Of a stretch of DNA of 48,822 nt, positions 19,817 through 26,019 are shown one piece after another. The position numbers and the translations under genes were made by a program. The notes beneath the pieces were generated by a model. It was not told where the DNA came from and made no database searches. It worked only from the letters and a program-made list of their open reading frames with translations. The DNA is from Dehalococcoidia bacterium (GTDB lineage Bacteria > Chloroflexota > Dehalococcoidia > DATDQG01): contig DATDQG010000028.1 in assembly GCA_035292365.1 (NCBI GenBank), positions 1-48,822 on the forward strand. Direction: 5' to 3'. Numbering within the stretch: the stretch's first letter is position 1; each line of letters opens with the position of its first letter.

Positions 19817-19892
19817 TGGTAGCCCCGGAAGGATTCGAACCTTCGACCGTCTGCTTAGAAGGCAGCTGCTCTTTCCACTGAGCTACGGGGCC
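19817..19892 (-). tRNA. tRNA-Arg (anticodon TCT)
   Basis: The reverse complement GGCCCCGTAGCTCAGTGGAAAGAGCAGCTGCCTTCTAAGCAGACGGTCGAAGGTTCGAATCCTTCCGGGGCTACCA folds as a cloverleaf. Its elements are a 7-bp acceptor stem, D arm GCTC/GAGC, anticodon loop CTTCTAA, T arm GAAGG-TTCGAAT-CCTTC and an encoded CCA. Confidence 0.92.
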
Positions 19893-20070
19893 GGCAGGGT
19901 AGCGGTTTGATAGCCGGGGCTGTGAAGCTGCCCCTGTCCGCGGTTGGCCGGGGCCATCCCGGGGGTCCGCTACAGCCATTCTAACCCATATTCTCGGCCC
20001 CATCACCCGCAAAGTACCCGTCAGGTGGTGCAGGCAATCCCACGCGATTCTCACTTAGTGAGAAAGCCTA

Positions 20071-20099
20071 TTGACAACGTGAGAGATTGGAACGATAAT
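20071..20099 (+). promoter_or_regulatory. Near-consensus sigma70 promoter driving the tandem RNA elements
   Basis: TTGACA (20071-20076), a 17-nt spacer, then GATAAT (20094-20099). The predicted TSS near 20106 is 8 nt before repeat copy 1. Confidence 0.6.
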
Positions 20100-20113
20100 C
20101 CTTTGTGAAAAGA

Positions 20114-20191
20114 GCCCGTAACAAAGGCGAACCCGTTGTAAGGCGGGGGTGCAAAGCCGCGGATCCCTTGATGGGGACTACCGGGCTGCTG
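20114..20191 (+). ncRNA. Riboswitch-like structured RNA, copy 1 (candidate GEMM-I / c-di-GMP-I class)
   Basis: P1 is GCCCG...CGGGC. The junction reads ACAAAGGCGAACC, followed by the hairpin CCCGUU-GUAA-GGCGGG (GNRA loop). Then come GGUGCAAAGCC and the hairpin UCCC-UUGAU-GGGGA. The blocks GGCGAACC and GUGCAAAGCC resemble the GEMM-I blocks GGCAAACC and ACGCAAAGCC. Confidence 0.55.
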
Positions 20192-20210
20192 AAGGGGAGC
20201 AAGGGAGTCC

Positions 20211-20253
20211 AACCTCTTTCGGCGCGCACCAGGCCGGGAGAGGTTTCGTTTTT
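20211..20253 (+). terminator. Intrinsic terminator following riboswitch-like copy 1
   Basis: A 13-bp stem AACCUCUUUCGGC-(GCGCACCAG)-GCCGGGAGAGGUU, including two U-G pairs, is followed by UCGUUUUU. Confidence 0.6.
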
Positions 20254-20293
20254 GCGACGCAAAGGAGGACACGAGACCAGGTAAAGCCGACAT

Positions 20294-20371
20294 GCCCGTA
20301 ACAAAGGCGAACCCGTCGTAAGGCGGGGGTGCAAAGCCGCGGATCCCTTGATGGGGACTACCGGGTTGCTG
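20294..20371 (+). ncRNA. Riboswitch-like structured RNA, copy 2 (candidate GEMM-I / c-di-GMP-I class)
   Basis: It lies exactly 180 nt downstream of copy 1 and is identical except for two substitutions inside the element. Both fall in predicted stems and keep pairing (U-G to C-G in the GNRA hairpin; G-C to G-U in P1). It is followed by a region in which CACC can pair with the GGUG of the Shine-Dalgarno GGAGGUG. Confidence 0.55.
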
Positions 20372-20442
20372 GAGGGTCTAGGTTACGCAGAGGAATATCT
20401 GCTGGTCCCACGGCGCGCATCCCCGCACCATCTTGGAGGTGA

Positions 20443-21258
20443 ATGATGAGCGCCGTTTCTTTGTCCAGTCCGACCATGCTCGGTGCGACCGGCTTCGGGG
20501 AAGCACTGCTCGACGAGCTCCACCGCGAGCCGGGGCGCGCGAAGGGCCAGGACAAGGCGAGCCTTCTGCTTGTTGAGGATGACCGCTCGGTGAACGACCT
20601 GCTCGCGCTGCGCTTCAGGCTTCAAGGGTACCGCGTCTTACAGGCCTTCAACGGCCTGAGTGGCTTGGAGATGTATGCCAACCTCCATCCCGACCTAGTG
20701 CTTCTGGACCTGATCCTGCCGGAGCTGGACGGTTGGCAGGTCTTGAAGCAACTCCGCGAGCATTCGTCGACGCCGGTGCTCATGATGACCGGGCGCAACC
20801 AGGAACGCGACGAGCTGCGGGGCCTCTCGCTCGGCGCGGACGACTACGTATTGAAGCCCTTCAGCTTCTCGAAGCTCCTCGCGCGCGTCGAAGCCCTCAT
20901 CCGCCGATCGCGCTACGTCATCGACGAGGACGCGCGGTCCTACGAGGACTCGGTGCTCTCCCTAGACTTGGCCCGACGCCAGGTCTGCGTTAGGGGGGAA
21001 GGTATCGAGCTGAGCCCCACGGAGTATCGCCTGCTGGTGACGCTGGTCCAGGGCCATGGTCGGGCGCTGAGCCACGAGGAGCTGCTGCAGGAGGTGTGGG
21101 GGCCCAACTACGACTCGACCGACTGCCTGAAGGTGTCAGTCGCTTCACTGCGGCGTAAGATCGAGGCAGACCCTCATGAGCCTTCCCTGATCCACACCTG
21201 CTGGGGCATCGGCTACCGCTACGAGGCCTTAGAAGAAAGGAGCCCTTCGGCGGCCTAG
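20443..21258 (+). CDS. OmpR/PhoB-family response regulator with no adjacent kinase
   Basis: GGAGG at 20435-20439 precedes tandem ATGs at 20443 and 20446. REC features are present (LLLVEDDRS..DLVLLDLILPELDG..MMTGR..ADDYVLKPF) with a winged-helix output (LSPTEYRLLVTL..ALSHEELLQEVWG..IHTCWGIGYR). There is a ~38-aa N-terminal extension. Confidence 0.9.
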   Translation: MMSAVSLSSPTMLGATGFGEALLDELHREPGRAKGQDKASLLLVEDDRSVNDLLALRFRLQGYRVLQAFNGLSGLEMYANLHPDLVLLDLILPELDGWQVLKQLREHSSTPVLMMTGRNQERDELRGLSLGADDYVLKPFSFSKLLARVEALIRRSRYVIDEDARSYEDSVLSLDLARRQVCVRGEGIELSPTEYRLLVTLVQGHGRALSHEELLQEVWGPNYDSTDCLKVSVASLRRKIEADPHEPSLIHTCWGIGYRYEALEERSPSAA

Positions 21259-21434
21259 GGCTCTGCGTGCGTCGCGGGCGAGACCGTTCCGAGGCCAATG
21301 GGGGGCGATCTAGAAGGGCGGCAGGCTGCTCGGTTCCTGGCTAATTGCGTGGCGCTGCCGCGTGCGAGAGAATACAGCGACGGCCACGCGCTCGTGATAG
21401 GGTGCGCCCGATCGGAGAGCAGCAGGAACACAGG

Positions 21435-22712
21435 ATGATCACCGCCGACCTGGATGCGATGGGGCAGCGAGCCCGTCTGGCCGCGAGGGAGCTCGGTTTC
21501 GCCGGTACCAAGGCGAAGGACCGCGCGCTCGGCCTTATCGCAGCTGCCTTGCTTGAACGCCAGCCGGAACTCTTGGCGGCCAACGAGGCGGACATGCGCG
21601 ATGGCGAGGCCGCCGGGATGTCGGTCGCGCTCCTTGACCGGCTCCTGCTGACGCCCGAGCGGCTGGCCGGTATCGCGGCCGATGTGCGCTCCGTGGCTGC
21701 CCTGCCGGACCCAGTAGGAGAGATGTTCGATGTACGCACACTGCCCAGCGGCCTGACCGTCGGGCGGAAGCGTGTGCCTCTCGGCGTCATCGCTGCCATC
21801 TATGAGAGCCGTCCCAACGTGACGATCGATATCGCCGCGCTGTGTCTCAAGTCGGGCAACGCCGTCATCCTGCGAGGGGGCCGTGAGGCGCTGCGGTCTT
21901 GCCTCGCGCTGGCGGAGGTGCTTCGGGAGGTCATCGGCGAGGCGGGGTTGCCTCAGGACGCGGTGCAGTACGTATCCGATCCTGACCGGTCTCTGGTGGA
22001 CCATCTGCTTACCATGCGCGACGCGATCGACCTCCTGGTGCCCCGCGGTGGGGCAGAGCTCATTCGCTTCGTCGCGGAGCGGGCCACGATGCCGGTCGTG
22101 ACGGGTGGGATCGGAGTATGCCACACGTACGTCGACGCCGCCGCGGATGTGGAGCAGGCCGTCCGTATTGCCTACAACGCAAAGGTGCGGCGTCCCACCA
22201 TCTGCAACGCGCTCGACACGCTCCTCGTCCACCGGGACATCGCGGCAGAGTACCTGCCGCTGTTGGCGCGCGAGTGGGCCCACGCCGACGTCGCCATGCA
22301 CTGCGACGCGGAGGCACTCGCGGTACTCGCGCCGCTGCAGGGAGAGATGGCGCTGGCGCTCTCCCCGGCCCAAGAGGACGACTGGGGCAAGGAGTTCCTC
22401 GCCCTCGTCGCCGCCGTCAAGGTCATCGGCTCACTGGACGAGGCCCTGGAGCACATCGCCCGTTACGGCTCAGGCCACTCCGAGGCCATCGTCACCGAGG
22501 ACTACTCGCACGCGATGCGCTTCCTCAACGAGGTTGACGCGGCCGCTGTCTACGTCAACGCCTCCACCCAATTCACCGACGGGGCGCAGTTTGGCCTAGG
22601 CGCCGAGGTCGGCATCTCAACGCAGAAGTTCCACGCCCGCGGCCCGATGGGCCTCCGCGAGCTTACCTCCTACAAATGGCTTATCTTCGGCCAGGGACAG
22701 GTGAGGCCATAG
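21435..22712 (+). CDS. proA: Gamma-glutamyl phosphate reductase
   Basis: The sequence from ATG 21435 (MITADLDAMGQRARLAAREL..) contains ..ESRPNVT.., ..LVPRGGAELIRFV.., and NASTQFTDGAQFGLGAEVGISTQKFHARGPMGL, typical of ProA. Confidence 0.93.
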   Translation: MITADLDAMGQRARLAARELGFAGTKAKDRALGLIAAALLERQPELLAANEADMRDGEAAGMSVALLDRLLLTPERLAGIAADVRSVAALPDPVGEMFDVRTLPSGLTVGRKRVPLGVIAAIYESRPNVTIDIAALCLKSGNAVILRGGREALRSCLALAEVLREVIGEAGLPQDAVQYVSDPDRSLVDHLLTMRDAIDLLVPRGGAELIRFVAERATMPVVTGGIGVCHTYVDAAADVEQAVRIAYNAKVRRPTICNALDTLLVHRDIAAEYLPLLAREWAHADVAMHCDAEALAVLAPLQGEMALALSPAQEDDWGKEFLALVAAVKVIGSLDEALEHIARYGSGHSEAIVTEDYSHAMRFLNEVDAAAVYVNASTQFTDGAQFGLGAEVGISTQKFHARGPMGLRELTSYKWLIFGQGQVRP

Positions 22713-22725
22713 GCCGCTCCCGGCC

Positions 22726-23829
22726 CTAGTGGCCGCCCGTTCCGGCGGAATCGCCAGAGACCTTGCGGAAGATGTCCGGGGCATCGGGGCCCGTGACGAC
22801 TAGCTGGCCAGCCGCGCCCTTGAGGATGCGTGTGAGGCTGTGGTCCACGAGCAGGTAGGTGCCCGGCACCTCGACCTTGAAGTCGACGATCGCGGCGCCA
22901 CCGGCCGGCACCAGCGTCGTTTGGACATTGTGCAACGCCTCCGAGGCCCCTTCTGGGTAGACGGCGTCGAAGATCTCGCCGATGACGTGGAAGCTCGAGA
23001 CGAGGTTGGGCCCGCCCACGCCGAAGAAGATGCGGACCTTCTCACCCACCTGGGCCTTGAGCGCATTGTCGCCGGTCAGGGCGCCGGCAGCGCCGTTGAA
23101 GACGACGTACTCGGGGTCCTCACGCAGCATCTTCTCGATGGAGAACGACTGGAAGCCGCCTTCGCCGTTCTTGCCTGTCGTGTAGAAGTCGCCCTGCATC
23201 ACATAGAACTCGCGGTCGACGGGAGGGAGGCCCTCCGGCGGCTCGACCAGGATGAGGCCGTACATGCCCTGCGCTACGTGCATCGGGATGATAGGCGTGG
23301 CGCAGTGGTAGACGTACAGGCCAGGGTTGAGTGCCTTCCACTCGAAGGCCGCCTCCTGTCCTGGTGGCACCTGCATAATCGCGGCGCCGCCGCCGGGTCC
23401 CGTGACGGCGTGCAGGTCGATGGAGTGGGTCATCTTGTTTGTGGATGCGTTCTTGAGCTTGAGCGCCACAGTATCTCCGGCACGCACGCGGAGCATCGGG
23501 CCTGGCACCGTGCCGTTGAAGGTCCAGAACTCGTACTCAACACCGTCGGCCAGGCGTGCCCGTCGCTCCTGTGTCTCCAAGTCGATCTGCACTCGGGTCG
23601 CCGCGCGCCTCGGCAGTGGCGGCGGCACGGTAGGCAGTGGGAGCGACGCCAGATTCGCCGAAGCCGGCAGCGCGCCCGTGCCTGAAGCTGCCGCACCTGC
23701 GCTCGTCGCGCTCTTGGAAGACGTGCAGGCAGCGAGCAATCCCGGCAGGCCGAGGCCAGCCGCGGTCGCCCAGCCAAAGAGGCGACGCCGACTCACGGTC
23801 GCCGCTCGAGTGGGTGAAGTCGATGCCAT
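22726..23829 (-). CDS. nirK: Copper-containing nitrite reductase (NirK-type multicopper protein) with a Tat signal and lipobox
   Basis: ATG at 23829 follows GAGGGGGA. The twin-arginine motif SRRRLF and lipobox LLAAC are present. Cu-ligand blocks are [14 protein letters not shown] and [26 protein letters not shown]. Confidence 0.85.
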   Translation of the reverse strand: MASTSPTRAATVSRRRLFGWATAAGLGLPGLLAACTSSKSATSAGAAASGTGALPASANLASLPLPTVPPPLPRRAATRVQIDLETQERRARLADGVEYEFWTFNGTVPGPMLRVRAGDTVALKLKNASTNKMTHSIDLHAVTGPGGGAAIMQVPPGQEAAFEWKALNPGLYVYHCATPIIPMHVAQGMYGLILVEPPEGLPPVDREFYVMQGDFYTTGKNGEGGFQSFSIEKMLREDPEYVVFNGAAGALTGDNALKAQVGEKVRIFFGVGGPNLVSSFHVIGEIFDAVYPEGASEALHNVQTTLVPAGGAAIVDFKVEVPGTYLLVDHSLTRILKGAAGQLVVTGPDAPDIFRKVSGDSAGTGGH

Positions 23830-24059
23830 TGGATGATCCCCCTCTCGTTGATTTGGTGCATACGCATCACAGCGCCTGATGCACGCTAACCACAAGATAG
23901 CATCTCTGGGGGGAGCGGCAACCTCGAAACGAGTAGGGAAGCGCTCATCAGAACGGGTGGGGCTGCCCTACCCGAAGGGGTAGCGGCGTCCAAGCCGGCG
24001 ACCGCGTGGACTAGACGCTTGCCCTGGAAGGCAGGGCGATTCGATTCGAAGGAGCGAGC

Positions 24060-24980
24060 TTAGCCTGCTTCCGGGTGCACGAGCAGGATGGGCCTGTCGC
24101 AGGCGCGGACGACCTTGTTGGTGATGCTGCCGAGGAGCCACCGTCCCACGCCGGAACGCCCGTGTGTCGTCATGGCGACGATGCTCCCGGCGAGGCTCCC
24201 CGCGAGGCGAACGATCTCGCCGGCGGGCGGCCCATGGCGGAGCTCCCAGCGCGCCCGGAGCCCTTTCACGAGGAGAGCCGACGTCCAGCGGTCGAGATAG
24301 TCCTGGGCCTCTCGTTCCACGGCATTGGTGGCTTCAGCGACCGTCGGCGCCGGGACACTAGCCGGCCCCGTTGTCGATGGTGAGGCGGATTCGAATAACC
24401 TGGGTCTTTCCACAGCCCTGGTGAGGACGATGTCCATGCTAAGTTTCGAAGCTAAGGCTTCCGCGTGAGGCAGCGCGGCCTCTGCAAGCCGTGATCCGTC
24501 GAGGGGGACGATGATGGAACGGAGCTCCGGCTGGCGGACGGGACGCTCCTGCGCGCCGGGCCGGAGCAGGAGGACCGGCGTTGCGCTGGCGCTGATGACG
24601 CGATCGGCGACACCGCCCAGGACCCAGACGCCTGGCCCAGAACGGCCGTAGGTGGCCATGACGATGAGCCCGGGGCGGTGGGCCTCGGCGTAGGCGATGA
24701 TGCTCTCGGCAGCCCTCCCTTCGATGACCTCCGTGGAGGCGACCAGGCGGCTGTCTTCGAAAGTAGCCGCGACGCGGTCAAGATAGTCAGCCTCCGCGCT
24801 CTCGGTTTTTGCCGGCGTCGCACGTGTGGGAGAAGATGGGCCGACATCTTCGAGGGGAGGCTCCGCCACCGTCACGAGGATCACCCGACAGTCGAGGCCT
24901 CGCGCGAGGAACCGCACGTAAGGCAGCACCTGCGCGGCGGCCTGGGAACCATCGAGCGGCACCAGGAGGCTGTCATACAT
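24060..24980 (-). CDS. Tandem universal stress protein (two UspA domains)
   Basis: ATG at 24980 follows AAGGAG. There are two repeats of the Usp pattern (..LLVPLDGS..A..L.., ..GLIVMATYGRSG....LGGVADRVI.. and ..IVAMTTHGRSGVGRWLLGSITNKVV..). Confidence 0.85.
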   Translation of the reverse strand: MYDSLLVPLDGSQAAAQVLPYVRFLARGLDCRVILVTVAEPPLEDVGPSSPTRATPAKTESAEADYLDRVAATFEDSRLVASTEVIEGRAAESIIAYAEAHRPGLIVMATYGRSGPGVWVLGGVADRVISASATPVLLLRPGAQERPVRQPELRSIIVPLDGSRLAEAALPHAEALASKLSMDIVLTRAVERPRLFESASPSTTGPASVPAPTVAEATNAVEREAQDYLDRWTSALLVKGLRARWELRHGPPAGEIVRLAGSLAGSIVAMTTHGRSGVGRWLLGSITNKVVRACDRPILLVHPEAG

Positions 24981-25114
24981 GGAGGGTCTCCTTGCGGTGC
25001 GTGTCTTTGGGGGTTGGCGCGAGAGATGTCCGGCGCTGTGCGATGCCCGCACGTTCCCTTTTCTCGTACCCACCGGTCGGATGCAGGGCGAGTCGCCGAC
25101 TGAGGTGTGACCGC

Positions 25115-25348
25115 CTACTGGATATCTGTCCTCATCTGCTCGTACTGCTCGCGTGTCAGCTCACCGCGGGCGTATCGTTCCTTCAGGATGGTCAGCGGGT
25201 CGCGCCGAGGCGCCTCACCGCCCCTGGCGGCTAGGGTGCGGACCGCCCAGACCGCGAGAAAGACGATGCCTCCCCAAAAGATCAGGCTCCAGAGCAGGCC
25301 GATACCCATCCACCAACCTGGGAAACCGTTGCCCATCATCCACCACAC
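25115..25348 (-). CDS. Small membrane protein with a C-terminal SHOCT domain
   Basis: GTG at 25348 follows AAGGAGG with a 7-nt spacer. A Trp/Gly-rich TM hairpin is followed by ILKERYARGELTREQYEQMRTDI, the SHOCT signature. Confidence 0.7.
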   Translation of the reverse strand: MWWMMGNGFPGWWMGIGLLWSLIFWGGIVFLAVWAVRTLAARGGEAPRRDPLTILKERYARGELTREQYEQMRTDIQ

Positions 25349-25390
25349 GGCGGTACCTCCTTGCAATGGACCGGCGCGGGCCGGTCTCGC

Positions 25391-25795
25391 CTACAGCGAC
25401 AGCGGCCGCCCCTGTCGGTCCAACAGCAACTCCTGCAGTATCCTCACCAGCTCCCACGGGTCGAACGGTTTGCCTAGGAACGGCTCGTCGAGGAGGCCGT
25501 GTATGCTGGCAGCCTCTTCTCGGTTGAGCGCAGAGATGGCCACGCACACGGGCCGGCTATACTCCGGTTCGCTGCGGTTCTGCAGCCACTGGAGCACTGC
25601 GCGCCCTCGTCCATCCGGCAGGCCAAGGTCTAGCACGACCGCGTCGGTCGGGTCCGAGGAGAGAGCCACGAGCGCCTCAGCGCCGCTTGCCACTTCTCTG
25701 ACGGCGAAGCCGCCCTCGGCGAGGGCAATCCTCAGCACGCGCGCCACGCTCCGGTCATCCTCCACGACCAAAACCGACGGCGGGACCTGGAACAT
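25391..25795 (-). CDS. Single-domain (CheY-like) response regulator receiver
   Basis: The 134-aa protein contains VLVVEDDRSVARVL, AVVLDLGLPDGRG and FLGKPFD, and has no output domain. Confidence 0.85.
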   Translation of the reverse strand: MFQVPPSVLVVEDDRSVARVLRIALAEGGFAVREVASGAEALVALSSDPTDAVVLDLGLPDGRGRAVLQWLQNRSEPEYSRPVCVAISALNREEAASIHGLLDEPFLGKPFDPWELVRILQELLLDRQGRPLSL

Positions 25796-26019
25796 CTAGG
25801 TTTGGACGGTGCGCAGCCATCCTTCCCGGGTGACGAAGGCCCAGGGGTCCAACCTGCGCGAGATATTGGGCCGGCCTCGGCCGCCGAAGGCCATGAGCGA
25901 CTCCTACGAGATGCGTTCTTGCAGGCATAGTGCCCCATGCATGTGCACGCAACGTGCCAATGGCTGGCGCTGGTGTGAAAACATCGTGAACGACGTCAGC
26001 CCGCGACGCCGCGCTACCG

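Larger units (their letters stand above)
17117..19861. mobile_element. Putative degenerate tRNA-Arg-integrated islet bounded by 45-bp direct repeats; no integrase present
   Basis: The direct repeats sit at 17117-17161 and 19817-19861. The interior holds one gene (GT2 synthase) plus two lower-GC non-coding stretches (17162-17607 and 19504-19816). Confidence 0.5.

Noticed and set aside
19581-20334. Minus-strand ORFs 19581-20054, 20051-20293 and 20068-20334, the last two showing an internally repeated peptide
   Set aside because: The first runs through the tRNA-Arg gene. The other two derive their repeated peptides from the duplicated RNA element. There is no RBS, and the + strand has a consensus promoter, a terminator and a downstream gene that explain the region.
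20114-20371. Possibility that the two ~78-nt repeats form a CRISPR array or mini-satellite
   Set aside because: There are only two copies, they are far longer than CRISPR repeats, and the 102-nt spacer contains a terminator. The substitutions preserve RNA helices, and no cas genes are present.
21255-22373. 372-aa minus-strand ORF opposite proA
   Set aside because: ProA motifs are present on the + strand, so the minus ORF is an antisense shadow.
23896-24059. Two short GNRA-like hairpins (CTACCC-GAAG-GGGTAG and GCCCTG-GAAGG-CAGGGC) between USP and nirK, as a possible regulatory RNA
   Set aside because: They are short isolated stems without a U-tract or recognisable motif. They are most simply read as a weak terminator or spacer structure, and the evidence is insufficient.
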